From assembly GCA_965246715.1 (NCBI GenBank), contig CBDFFH010000051.1:197803-261802 (forward strand): DNA of 64,000 bases, read 5' to 3'. The notes beneath the pieces were generated by a model, which was not told where the DNA came from, did not search any database, and saw only the letters and a program-made list of their open reading frames with translations. The stretch comes from Chamaesiphon sp. GTDB taxonomy: Bacteria > Cyanobacteriota > Cyanobacteriia > Cyanobacteriales > Chamaesiphonaceae. A program made the position numbers and the translations under genes. How positions within the stretch are numbered: the stretch's first letter is position 1; each line of letters begins with the position of its first letter. Shown here one piece after another: positions 1-9,723 of the stretch.

Positions 1-3
1 AGT

Positions 4-231
4 TAACCTGAGTTCGGCATAAGAGGAGCCTGGAGACTAATGTCTCGGCTCATGATGCGAAGTCCGCCTTCGCGGACTAAGATATTCAGTCCGCGAAGGC
101 GGACTTCGCACTAATAGCACCGATTTGCGAAAAGTGCGGTCTTGGGGCTTCCCCAAGTAGAGCACCTTTTCAAGACACAATCGAGTGCGATGCTAGTGCG
201 GAGCCAATATCCTTAACCAGAACTGACGTTA
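4..231. repeat. Composite palindromic MITE/REP-like element (family A) carrying a nested 51-nt insertion at 127-177
   Basis: Ends TAACCTGAGTTCGG...CAGAACTGACGTTA resemble the TIRs of the copies at 10315, 43301 and 51700. Internal hairpin AAGTCCGCCTTCGCGGACT...AGTCCGCGAAGGCGGACTT. Confidence 0.85.
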
Positions 232-257
232 GTTAAGAACCGATCGCTAGTTTTTAC

Positions 258-308
258 TAATAAAAAAAGGACTACTAAAACTTATAGTTAGTAGTCCTTT
301 TTTTATTA
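258..308. terminator. Rho-independent terminator downstream of psbM (potentially bidirectional)
   Basis: 21-bp inverted repeat TAATAAAAAAAGGACTACTAA / TTAGTAGTCCTTTTTTTATTA with A/T tracts on both sides. Confidence 0.75.
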
Positions 309-320
309 ATCGGGATATTT

Positions 321-437
321 TTATGAATCCGCACCAGTATCGCGAGAATTGGTTTGAATATAGAGAATGATTAAGAAAATTGTGGGTACTGCGATAAATA
401 AAAGACTCGCAACAAAACCCAGATCGTTGGTTTGCAT
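321..437 (-). CDS. psbM: Photosystem II reaction centre protein M (38 aa; missing from the ORF track)
   Basis: Manual translation MQTNDLGFVASLLFIAVPTIFLIILYIQTNSRDTGADS matches the PsbM consensus; lies next to a 2Fe-2S ferredoxin gene. Confidence 0.95.
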   Translation of the reverse strand: MQTNDLGFVASLLFIAVPTIFLIILYIQTNSRDTGADS

Positions 438-582
438 TAGATTGATTCCTATAAAGTATTTTCGATCGATACCTAGACTAGGATAACATTTCACGCTCCT
501 AGCTACTGGTTTACATAACTTAACCGCTTATTTGCTCAGCCACCAATCGCTCCCGATTCCAACATGGAGCGAACTGCGATCC

Positions 583-888
583 TTACTTTTTCGCTGGCTT
601 AGTCTTTATGCTTACTTCACCATTGACGAGGGCTTGACAGGCGAGGCGATAGCTATCTGGCTTCTTCGCTAGTTTGCGGCTTTCAAAATCAGTCCGAGGC
701 GAGAGATTTTCCATCCCGGCGACGACCTCCACCACACAGGTGCCGCACTGTCCGTAGCCACCACAATTCATCAGCTTACCTTTGAAGGTATAAATATCAA
801 TCTGATTTTGAATGGCCTTCTCACGCAGATTTGCGCCCTGAGCGACGATGATTTCCTTATCCTCGTTAATAAATTTAATCGAACTCAT
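583..888 (-). CDS. 2Fe-2S ferredoxin-like protein
   Basis: [11 protein letters not shown]...RLACQ cluster-binding motif. Confidence 0.92.
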   Translation of the reverse strand: MSSIKFINEDKEIIVAQGANLREKAIQNQIDIYTFKGKLMNCGGYGQCGTCVVEVVAGMENLSPRTDFESRKLAKKPDSYRLACQALVNGEVSIKTKPAKK

Positions 889-1004
889 CTGTATGCCGCT
901 ACTAAAAATCTATGTAAACCTATCTTAATATAGTAAGCTCGGCGGTAGTTGTTTTACCGCGATCTTGCAAATTGCGATCGACTTACCATCCGCATACAAC
1001 TCGG

Positions 1005-2621
1005 CTAGGGGTGAATCGAACCATCTGGCATCGTTGCGCCAGCCAATTTCGTACCGTTTAGCTTGGCACCTGTCAGGATCGCCCGACGTAGATTAGCCCC
1101 CGTCAGATCGGCATCGCTCAAATCCGCTCCAGTGAGATTGGCATTCGTGAGATCTACTTGCGGGAGTTCGGCAGCTTGGAGATTGGCATTTGTGAGATTG
1201 GCCTTTTGCATTGAGGCACCCTTGAGATTGGCATAGATAAGTTTTGAATTAGTTAAATTCGCGCTTACCAGCCGCGTCCCAATCAGCTTAGCTCCATAGA
1301 AAGCCGCTTGTTGGAGATCGGCTTGAGTCAAATTAGCATCGCTGAGATCGACATCGCGCAAAATCGCCAGCTTTAAGTTCGCATTGGCGAAGTTAGCCCC
1401 ATTTAACTTCGATTGGGTTAGGACTACGCCAGTGAGATCGGCTTTGGCAAAATCTTGACCCCGGAGATCGCAACCGATGCACCGTTTCTCGGTAATTATT
1501 TTCCCGCGATCGGATGCCACAAATGCAGCTTCTTTGACAATTTTCTGATTTTTGGCAATTTGAGCGGGACTGAGTTCTTCTGGCTCTGTAAATACAAATT
1601 GACGCAGGAGTAAGCTCATTCCGAGCAATAGTCCGCTAGCTCCAATCGCCCAGTGCCACCATTTAAGTTGGATGCGGCGGCGAGGTTTCGTAAATCCTGT
1701 AATGTTAGTGGATTGAGAATGACTGTTAGCAGGTTGAGGATGTCTGGGCGAAAGCTCGCTCGTAGGATTGGAAGCACTGGCAGCATCGGGATATCGTTGG
1801 CGCTCGTCTGATGCGACCATTTTATCTAATGCTGCAATCAGCCGAGTTGGAGTCTGTTGAGGTACTAAGTGGTGGAATTGGAGCTGAAATCGATCGGTTA
1901 ATAAGCTGTGTGCCTTGGCGGTAGGAGTACCAGTCAGCAAACAAATTAGTGAGACACCCAAGCTATAAATATCGGTGCTAAGAGTTAGTGCTCCTTCGGA
2001 TAACTGTTCTGGGGGAATGAATCCCGGCATTCCCGCGATCGGCTGTGAAATACTTCTTAACGAACAGAGTCCAAAATCGACTAAATATACCATCAATTCC
2101 TGTTCGGTATTGACGATAATATTCTCAGGTTTGATATTCTGGTGAATGACGATCGGATCTAATTGCTGGAGATAAACTAAGATCTTTAACACAGCATCGG
2201 CAACGCGATCGATATCTCCAGGTGGCAACGTTTTGAGTTCGGCTAGAGACACTCCTGACTGATAGGCTCGCACTATACAAAATCCGGTAGCGGTCGGAAA
2301 GGAATTGAGGTAGGGTGGAATATTAGGATAGTCTAGTTGTTGTAACCGACCGATTTCTGGTAGATAACTAGCATAATTTAGCGATAGTGACTGGGAGTCG
2401 GGCAGCCGCCATTGTTTGATTACGACCGCTCGATCTGATTTAACCTCCTTAGCTAAATAGGTAATCCGCTTGCCATCCTCACGCTCTGACAACTTTTCTA
2501 AGATCTGATAACCATAAATTTTTAAGTCAGGGAAATCGCTCTGCTCTCCCAACGACGTTGTACTTGCGTGCGGTAACTCATCAGATCCCGTAAGCGGTGA
2601 AGAATTTTCTGACTCATTCAT
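1005..2621 (-). CDS. Ser/Thr protein kinase-like domain + TM helix + pentapeptide repeats (probable pseudokinase)
   Basis: VVIK, HQNIKPEN, DFG, PPEQ and DIYSLG kinase subdomains; TM segment WWHWAIGASGLLLGMSLLL; C-terminal A(N/D)LxxA repeats. Confidence 0.88.
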   Translation of the reverse strand: MNESENSSPLTGSDELPHASTTSLGEQSDFPDLKIYGYQILEKLSEREDGKRITYLAKEVKSDRAVVIKQWRLPDSQSLSLNYASYLPEIGRLQQLDYPNIPPYLNSFPTATGFCIVRAYQSGVSLAELKTLPPGDIDRVADAVLKILVYLQQLDPIVIHQNIKPENIIVNTEQELMVYLVDFGLCSLRSISQPIAGMPGFIPPEQLSEGALTLSTDIYSLGVSLICLLTGTPTAKAHSLLTDRFQLQFHHLVPQQTPTRLIAALDKMVASDERQRYPDAASASNPTSELSPRHPQPANSHSQSTNITGFTKPRRRIQLKWWHWAIGASGLLLGMSLLLRQFVFTEPEELSPAQIAKNQKIVKEAAFVASDRGKIITEKRCIGCDLRGQDFAKADLTGVVLTQSKLNGANFANANLKLAILRDVDLSDANLTQADLQQAAFYGAKLIGTRLVSANLTNSKLIYANLKGASMQKANLTNANLQAAELPQVDLTNANLTGADLSDADLTGANLRRAILTGAKLNGTKLAGATMPDGSIHP

Positions 2622-2880
2622 GACAGCCCCAACCTTGCGATCTAAATCTTTCTACTGCGATCGATTATCCATTAAATTGACTTCAATCATCTGGCTGAAG
2701 ATATCTGGAACAATTTTCTCGATTGCCGAACAGTGGCTTTGACGCTGGAACTAGCGATCGATTCAATCGTGCGAACTTCGTAAAACGCTATAATTCCTTT
2801 GTCTTGCTGCACTACCCAACCGCATGAGCTGCGAGTGAAGCACACTTCGATAACTCATAATTAATCATTCATAATTATTC

Positions 2881-4671
2881 ATGCTATTGTTTCTCCGCAT
2901 TCAGAACTTCGCCCTCATTGATGAGTTAGAACTGGAATTTGGAGCCGGATTGAATGTTTTGACTGGCGAAACTGGGGCGGGTAAATCGATTATTCTCGAT
3001 GCGATCGATCTTGTCCTCGGCGGTAAGGCTAGTCCGCGCAATATTCGGACTGGCGCGGAAAAAGCCGTTATCGAGGGGACATTTAGCACGAACGAGCGGG
3101 TGCAAGGGTGGCTGCGCGATCGGGAATTCGATCTTGCCGAAGACGATACGGTAATTTGCAGTCGGGAATTGAGTCTCAGTGGTGTGAATTTGCGATCGCG
3201 AATGCGAGTGAATGGGGCGATTTGCAATCGCCAACTCGCACAAGAACTGCGCGAGCTATTGATTGAAATTACCGCTCAGGGGCAAACAGTTCGCCTCACG
3301 AATCCCACCTACCAACGAGAACTCCTAGATTTACATGGCGGTGCACCACTGCTGCAACAGCGGGAGACGATCGCCAGTGCCCATAGTGCTTATCAGGCGA
3401 TTTATCAAGCCTGGATCGATCGACAACAAAACGAACAGCAACGACTCCAACGCATCGATTTATTACAGTATCAAGCCGAAGAACTCGATCGTGCAAATCT
3501 AACCGAAGCCGACGAACAGATCCAGATCGAAGAAGAACGCCAACGTCTGACCCATGTGGTCGATCTCCAGCAACAAAGCTATGCCGTGTATCAATTACTC
3601 TATCAAAACGATACCGGAGAAGCGATCGCTGTTGCCGATCTGTTGGGTAAAGCCGAATCCACCCTGATCGACATGGTCGACATCGATGCTAGCCTACAAT
3701 CCACGCTCGATCTCGTCAGCCTTGCCCTCGCCCAAGTCACTGAAGCCGGACGCGAAATTAATTATTATGGCGATGCGCTCGAAGCAGATCCCGATCGGTT
3801 ATTAGAGATCGAAGAACGCATCCGCACGCTCAAGCTGATTTGCCGCAAATATGGCCCCAGCCTGACGGAAGCGATCGAGCATCAACTCTCTATTCAAACC
3901 GAATTAAACCAGCTTACAGGGGCAGGAGTCTCGCTCGAAGAACTAGAACAACAAGCTAACGATCTACACGATCGACTCGAGCGAGCTTGCGCTGAATTAA
4001 CTGCGCTCCGTCAACAAGCCGCGATCGATCTCGAACGCCAACTGATCGGCGAACTCAAGCCATTGGCGATGGATAAGGTGCAATTTCAAGTCGAAATCCT
4101 GCCCCAATTGCCCACCCCGAATGGAGCCGATAGTATTGCCTTTAACTTCAGCCCCAACCCTGGCGAACCGTTGCAACCGCTAGCTGCGACGGCTTCCGGT
4201 GGCGAAATGAGCCGCTTTTTACTAGCGCTCAAAGCCTGTTTTTCTAATAATGGCGGTGTCGGAACGCTGATTTTTGATGAAATCGATGCGGGCGTATCGG
4301 GTAAAGTCGCCCAATCGATCGCGAGCAAACTTCATCACCTGAGCCAATCTCAACAAATTCTCTGTGTCACCCACCAACCACTAATTGCAGCGATGGCCGA
4401 TCGGCACTTCCGGGTCGCTAAAGAAACAACCGATCGCGGTAATGGTAGCAATGGTAACTCAGCGCACGAACGCACGATCGTCCGGATCGAAGAACTCCAA
4501 TCCCAACACCAACGCCGCGACGAAATCGCCCAAATTGCCGGCGGACAATCAGCGCAAGAAGCCATCTCCTTCGCAACATCGTTGTTATCTCAGGCAAAGA
4601 CGCGCAAGCAAGAAGTCAAACCGGGTAATGCTCGATCGAAAGTCAAAGCACAGCGCAAGAATCAACCTTAG
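2881..4671 (+). CDS. recN: DNA repair protein RecN
   Basis: GETGAGKS Walker A, coiled coil, SGGE signature, LIFDEID Walker B, VTHQP. Confidence 0.97.
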   Translation: MLLFLRIQNFALIDELELEFGAGLNVLTGETGAGKSIILDAIDLVLGGKASPRNIRTGAEKAVIEGTFSTNERVQGWLRDREFDLAEDDTVICSRELSLSGVNLRSRMRVNGAICNRQLAQELRELLIEITAQGQTVRLTNPTYQRELLDLHGGAPLLQQRETIASAHSAYQAIYQAWIDRQQNEQQRLQRIDLLQYQAEELDRANLTEADEQIQIEEERQRLTHVVDLQQQSYAVYQLLYQNDTGEAIAVADLLGKAESTLIDMVDIDASLQSTLDLVSLALAQVTEAGREINYYGDALEADPDRLLEIEERIRTLKLICRKYGPSLTEAIEHQLSIQTELNQLTGAGVSLEELEQQANDLHDRLERACAELTALRQQAAIDLERQLIGELKPLAMDKVQFQVEILPQLPTPNGADSIAFNFSPNPGEPLQPLAATASGGEMSRFLLALKACFSNNGGVGTLIFDEIDAGVSGKVAQSIASKLHHLSQSQQILCVTHQPLIAAMADRHFRVAKETTDRGNGSNGNSAHERTIVRIEELQSQHQRRDEIAQIAGGQSAQEAISFATSLLSQAKTRKQEVKPGNARSKVKAQRKNQP

Positions 4672-4737
4672 CCGGGACAGTCTCGATCGAAGGTCAAATC
4701 TCGCAGTATGAGGTTGTGTGGGGGAAGCGTAGATCTG

Positions 4738-4853
4738 ACCCACCTCACCGCTTCGCTGCACCCCTGTCTTGAAAAGGTGCTCTACTTGGGGAAACCCCAA
4801 GACCACTGGGCTGGTCACCCGACCAGTTGCACTTTCCGCTCCGAGGAGGGGAA
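4738..4853. repeat. Nested small dispersed repeats: host CACCCC|TCCGAGGAGGGG interrupted by a 75-nt insertion (4765-4839), which itself contains a 24-nt insertion (4805-4828)
   Basis: 4765-4839 without 4805-4828 is the near-exact reverse complement of 127-177. Confidence 0.8.
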
Positions 4854-4858
4854 TTTAT

Positions 4859-4881
4859 TAGCCACTAGCCACTAGCCACTA
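4859..4881. repeat. Short heptamer tandem repeat (TAGCCAC)x3
   Basis: tagccactagccactagccacta; related degenerate heptamers at ~35694-35736. Confidence 0.7.
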
Positions 4882-5307
4882 ATCACAAGGCTTACCTGTA
4901 TATCGATCGACGGCTACCAGACTTTGCTGTGGATCGTTGAGTGTTTTGAGGACGCACCGTGTCAAAATCGCGCGCGGATAGGTACTCGGTTGTTGGTAGA
5001 TGACGATCGGTTGGGGATTGGTGACGATTGGGTGTTGAGGTAGAGTGCTAGGATACGCAGCTGGGTTGCGATAATAATAATTACCCATGGCATTAGGAAA
5101 TGGATAGTCACCTACGCCGATTTGGGTCGTTACATTAGTTGTGACGTTATTTGGTGATGGAGTATAAATCGTGGTTGAATGAAAGCCGCCTAATGGAATC
5201 CGTACGATCCCAGGGCTACCGATGACGCTCTGCGCTCTGACTGGGGCAGGCACTAGCGACGCAAGCGCTGTCATGGCGATCGTCAACCAACAAACTAAAG
5301 ATTTCAT
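4879..5307 (-). CDS. Secreted hypothetical protein, paralogue 3 of a tandem trio
   Basis: Signal peptide ending VRA-Q; C-terminal C...AVDRYTGKPC motif. Confidence 0.8.
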   Translation of the reverse strand: MKSLVCWLTIAMTALASLVPAPVRAQSVIGSPGIVRIPLGGFHSTTIYTPSPNNVTTNVTTQIGVGDYPFPNAMGNYYYRNPAAYPSTLPQHPIVTNPQPIVIYQQPSTYPRAILTRCVLKTLNDPQQSLVAVDRYTGKPCD

Positions 5308-5354
5308 TACCTACAGGGCGAGCGATGCTCGCCAGTTAGATGTGCGCGTCGAAT

Positions 5355-5849
5355 TTATCGACAGGGTAGTCCGGTAAAGCGATCGATCGCGACTGGACTG
5401 GAAATCGGACTACCGACGATCGAGGTGGAACAAGTAGATCCGATTGCAGGTGGGTATGGACTATTTTTTTGAATGATAACCGACGGTTGCGCGTATCCCG
5501 GTCGAGCGTATCCGCCATAGAAATCGCTCGAGTTGGGAAATAAATTGGTACCTGGGTAAATATTTTGATAGACCGGAATTCCTGAAGTAGGCGATGAGCC
5601 GATCCCGTAATAAATCCCGGTTGCGTTTGGTGCTGAATTTGTTCCGTAACTAGTATTTCCACCGATCTGAGTTGTTACAGAATTACTCGAATTGCTACCA
5701 GTAAATGGGACGTAGTAAGTAGTCGTCGATGAGTAGCCACCTAACGGAATGCCTTGGTTGACTACTTGAGCTGTGACAAGATGGGGTGTGAGTACAGCGG
5801 TAGCTGTAACTGTGGCTAGGAGAGCGGACAGACGGGCTAAATATTTCAT
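5355..5849 (-). CDS. Secreted hypothetical protein, paralogue 2 (start re-assigned to MKYLARL)
   Basis: Signal peptide ending VTA-Q; C-terminal CSTSIVGSPISSPVAIDRFTGLPC. Confidence 0.82.
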   Translation of the reverse strand: MKYLARLSALLATVTATAVLTPHLVTAQVVNQGIPLGGYSSTTTYYVPFTGSNSSNSVTTQIGGNTSYGTNSAPNATGIYYGIGSSPTSGIPVYQNIYPGTNLFPNSSDFYGGYARPGYAQPSVIIQKNSPYPPAIGSTCSTSIVGSPISSPVAIDRFTGLPCR

Positions 5850-6178
5850 ACTAGGTGCTACAAGATAGGCGGTACCCGCCATTTAAATGTTGTAACGGCG
5901 ATCGCGATCCATATTACTAACTTGGCCCAATACTGTGCCCAGCAGCAGGTTCGGTCGGATGCAAGCGTCGCTGCTTCGCAATCAAGTCTCGATCGATGGT
6001 TCGCTCCCAATCGATAGCCATCTGCCATCAACTGGGTTAAATTTGTAACAATCAACTAAATTGCGACCGCTTAGTTCCATTGTAGCGATCTCACCAAATG
6101 ACTTATCTGTCAAATGGGACATTAAGTTCACCCAATCGAACTATTTATCTACTCACATCTTGCATCATAGATAAGTAA

Positions 6179-6577
6179 TTATTGACACGGTTGGCCGGTA
6201 AATCGATCGATTGCAATCGGACTAGGAATTGGACTACCGACGATCGAAGTCGTACACCGAGACGGAACGGCACGGGGATAGTTAGTATTCGGTCGGACGA
6301 TAATAACAGTTGGATCGATAGACTGACGGTAACGTTGGCGATAAGATCTACCCCGATAGCTAGAATTGGTCTGGATATAAGATTCGTTACTCGGGTAAAG
6401 ATTTGGGCTGACTGGGGCAGCTGTCGGTGTTTGTTGAGCTGGTACGGAGATCGTTATCGAAGAATAGCCTTGCTGGGGTAAGCCTTGCGTCACTGTATTT
6501 TGCGCTCTTATCGCTCCTGGCAAGAGTAGGGTAATCGCTGTAGTAGCGATCGCCGCTAAATAAGTTAAATTTTTCAT
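6179..6577 (-). CDS. Secreted hypothetical protein, paralogue 1 (start re-assigned to MKNLTY)
   Basis: Signal peptide ending IRA-Q; C-terminal CTTSIVGSPIPSPIAIDRFTGQPC. Confidence 0.82.
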   Translation of the reverse strand: MKNLTYLAAIATTAITLLLPGAIRAQNTVTQGLPQQGYSSITISVPAQQTPTAAPVSPNLYPSNESYIQTNSSYRGRSYRQRYRQSIDPTVIIVRPNTNYPRAVPSRCTTSIVGSPIPSPIAIDRFTGQPCQ

Positions 6578-6906
6578 CGTCTTACCTCTAAATATCACAA
6601 TTTTAACCATTTATTCCCTACTCTTAAAGCAATCGATCGACTGACTACGCTGCAAGATAAGCTGCTGGAGTATCGCTCGGATGGGCTAATACTTGGCTAG
6701 CTGATAAATCCGCAAAATCTATAGGCAGGGTGGTTTCATACACTAGAAGAAAATCTCTTAGTTCGCTGAAGTGAACTTTCGCTATTAGCCCGAAATTCAT
6801 TTCAGGGCGGTTGAATACTAAGCACCAGAGTTGGGGCATTTTCCTTTTGGTGGATGAAACCACCCTGCTTGTGGATACCCTTAAGGGGAGCAGCTGGCAG
6901 ACAGAA

Positions 6907-8337
6907 TTATGCTACTGACTTTGCCCAATTTTGTGCCCAATCGAGGGTTTGATGGACTCGATCGATCGTTGCTGCTTCGCAATACAGTCTGAGGACAGGT
7001 TCGGTACCGCTAAATCTAATTAACAACCAACTGCCATCAGCGAGATTAAATTTGTAACCATCTGCTAAATTCCGATCGAGTACTGTGACATCGCCAATTT
7101 CATCAAACGGTTTGCTCTCCAATTGCGCCATTAACTTCGATCGCTCGTCCATACTATTGAGATGGAGATCGACCCGATCGTAAGCAAAATGATAGTCTGT
7201 TTGAGCCTGAAGTTGACGATACAAATCGCCTAAATCCTGCCCCGATTTAGCGATTGCTTCGAGTAGATATAATGCTGAGAGCAAAGCGTCGCGTTCGGGA
7301 ATATGATTGCCATAACCGATGCCGCCAGATTCCTCGCCACCGATCAGCACTGGTGTCGTTAACATCCGATCGGCAATATATTTATACCCGATCGGGGTTT
7401 CATAAATCGGCAGATCGTATAACTTCGCCATCCGTGGCACGAGATTGGAAGTACTGACAGTCTTGATAATCTCGCCTGTAAAGCCACGTCGTTTGGCTAA
7501 ATGCTCGATTAAAACTGGAATCAAAAATTGCGAACTTAAAAACTCACCAGCGCTATCTACTGCTGCAATTCGATCGCAGTCGCCATCAAATACCAAGCCG
7601 ACTTTTACTCCAGCATCACTCTGATGGCTACGAATTACCCGCATCAACTGCGATAAGTATTTTGCCAATGGTTCGGGCGCAGCACCGTCGAATAACGGAT
7701 CGGTGTTGCTATTTAATTCAATAATCGGTTTACCCAGCAATCGATCCAATCCAGTGCTAGATGCACCATGCATCGCATCAGAGAATACAGTTAGTTTACC
7801 TGTTGCGATCGCCGTTTGAATGCTCGCCAGATCGACTTTACCCCGTAACTCCTGACAATAACTTTCCCACGGATCGAAAGTAGTCAAAGTTCCTGCTTGC
7901 CTAGCGGGTAAGGCTTTCCCCCACCGTGCTTCGATTTTTTGGGTCATTTCTGGCGGTACCGACCCCCCAAAATTCCCTTTCACTTTTAAACCTAAATAGT
8001 CGCCAGGATTGTGGCTGGCGGTAATTACCAACGCACCGAGCGCATTTTGACTGTGTGCCGCCCAACTAAATGCTGGCGTAGGTGCGTAAGTCTCGCTGAG
8101 GATAACATCGAATCCAGCCAGCCGCACTGCTTCCGCCATCCGCTTGGCAAAGGTTTCCGCCATAAATCGGCGATCGAATCCCACGATAATCTTGCGATTG
8201 CCCGTCTTGGCACTATAAGTATCTGCTAAAATTTCAGCCGCCAGCGGTGCCACGCTTAATAAGCGATCGAATGTAAACTCCGCACCGATTACGCCCCGCC
8301 AACCATCTGTCCCAAATTTAATTGCGTCCATGTTCAT
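6907..8337 (-). CDS. Phosphoglucomutase/phosphomannomutase family protein
   Basis: FGTDGWRG, TASHNP phosphoserine loop, DGDCDR metal loop, GEESG, RFSGTEP. Confidence 0.95.
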   Translation of the reverse strand: MNMDAIKFGTDGWRGVIGAEFTFDRLLSVAPLAAEILADTYSAKTGNRKIIVGFDRRFMAETFAKRMAEAVRLAGFDVILSETYAPTPAFSWAAHSQNALGALVITASHNPGDYLGLKVKGNFGGSVPPEMTQKIEARWGKALPARQAGTLTTFDPWESYCQELRGKVDLASIQTAIATGKLTVFSDAMHGASSTGLDRLLGKPIIELNSNTDPLFDGAAPEPLAKYLSQLMRVIRSHQSDAGVKVGLVFDGDCDRIAAVDSAGEFLSSQFLIPVLIEHLAKRRGFTGEIIKTVSTSNLVPRMAKLYDLPIYETPIGYKYIADRMLTTPVLIGGEESGGIGYGNHIPERDALLSALYLLEAIAKSGQDLGDLYRQLQAQTDYHFAYDRVDLHLNSMDERSKLMAQLESKPFDEIGDVTVLDRNLADGYKFNLADGSWLLIRFSGTEPVLRLYCEAATIDRVHQTLDWAQNWAKSVA

Positions 8338-8505
8338 CAGCTCATTTATCTTGCAGCTTCACTATTTTACAGATGAGACGGCTAGGTTTAAGTTAAAAAA
8401 CTCGGATCGATCGATTCTTCCTTTCGGAACAGGATACAGGTGGTGGCAATCTTTTTAATGTGAGTCTAGCCAAGAGATGGTTGTGGGAGACTTCCGGGTC
8501 TTTAC

Positions 8506-8558
8506 TGTTCGAACGCGAGCACGGATCTTTAGCTCCGTGCTCGCGTTCGAACATCTAC
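8506..8558. repeat. Perfect 20-bp-stem hairpin, REP-like (GTAG on the minus-strand flank)
   Basis: TGTTCGAACGCGAGCACGGA-N8-TCCGTGCTCGCGTTCGAACA followed by TCTAC. Confidence 0.7.
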
Positions 8559-8762
8559 ACTACATCAATTTTAGGTCGCTCGGCAATTAGTCTCAGTGAC
8601 GATCTGAAGTTGTTATATTGTAATCAAAGTTACTAACAAAATCTAATCCTTGTGTATTTCTGAAAGAATACATTTCGTGTATATTTTAACGTAATATATA
8701 TTTTTTGTTATAAAATTATATTTAAAATATCATTTTTTTTCACGTTATTCAAATAGTCCCTA

Positions 8763-9722
8763 ATGAAAACTCCAGTTGCCTTCCTAATTTTCAATCGACC
8801 CGATACAACAGAAATAGTATTCGAGCGGATTCGCCAGGCGCAACCTCCAAAGCTATTAGTAGTAGCAGATGGCCCTCGTCAACATAAAGTTGGTGAAGCT
8901 CAAAAGTGTGCTTCAACTCGCGCAATTATCGATCGAGTCGATTGGCCATGTGAGGTAGTAACCAACTATTCAGATATTAACTTGGGTTGTAAGCGTCGGG
9001 TTTCGAGTGGGATCGATTGGGTATTCGAACAAGTTGAAGAAGCGATTATTTTAGAGGATGATTGTTTGCCAGATCTAAGTTTTTTTCGTTATTGTGACGA
9101 GCTATTGGAGCGGTATCGACACGATACTCGGATCGTGTTTATCTCTGGCGATAACTTCCAATTTGGTCGCAAGAGTATGCCCTATAGCTACTATTTTTCT
9201 AGATGTATTAATAACACACCCCCGATCTGGGGATGGGCAACATGGCGCAGGTCTTGGCAATATTATGATGTCGATCTCAAATTGTGGGAGATTATGCCAA
9301 ATGATGACTGGTTGGAAGATATCCTCAAAGACCGTATGCTGGTAAAAAGGTGGAAGCAAAGATTCCAGTCTATTTACGATAAAAGTTTCGATACGTGGGA
9401 TTATCAATTAGTATTTTCTTGCTGGGTTCAGAGTGGATTGATTATCTTACCAAATGTTAATCTAGTTAGTAATATTGGCTATGGGCCGGAGGCGACTCAT
9501 TCCAAAGCAATAATTACTGAGTTTGCAAACATGCCAGTTGAATCGATGTCCTTTCCACTGAAACATAGCGAGTTTACGATTTGCGATACTAAGGCAGATC
9601 GATACTCTAGTGACTCTAGCAAAAGGTTGACTAGATTAATCCAGATTATTCGCAATCCCTTGAGATTAAAACATATTCTTGATAATTATCGAAATAGCAA
9701 GATGAATTCGACTGATAATTAA
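8763..9722 (+). CDS. GT-A fold glycosyltransferase (GT2-like, 'hemolytic protein HlpA-like' family)
   Basis: FNRPD, ADGPR, NLGC, IILEDDC, WGWATW, WDYQ and NIGYG motifs. Confidence 0.85.
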   Translation: MKTPVAFLIFNRPDTTEIVFERIRQAQPPKLLVVADGPRQHKVGEAQKCASTRAIIDRVDWPCEVVTNYSDINLGCKRRVSSGIDWVFEQVEEAIILEDDCLPDLSFFRYCDELLERYRHDTRIVFISGDNFQFGRKSMPYSYYFSRCINNTPPIWGWATWRRSWQYYDVDLKLWEIMPNDDWLEDILKDRMLVKRWKQRFQSIYDKSFDTWDYQLVFSCWVQSGLIILPNVNLVSNIGYGPEATHSKAIITEFANMPVESMSFPLKHSEFTICDTKADRYSSDSSKRLTRLIQIIRNPLRLKHILDNYRNSKMNSTDN

Positions 9723-9723
9723 G

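Noticed and set aside
4..231. Palindromic repeats as a CRISPR array or tRNA
   Set aside because: The copies are dispersed rather than tandem with unique spacers, no cas genes are present, and no tRNA D/T-loop consensus was found.
8653..8672. TGTATT-N8-AATACA palindrome as an NtcA site
   Set aside because: The GTA-TAC spacing is 12 nt, not 8. It may bind another factor, but nothing supports that.
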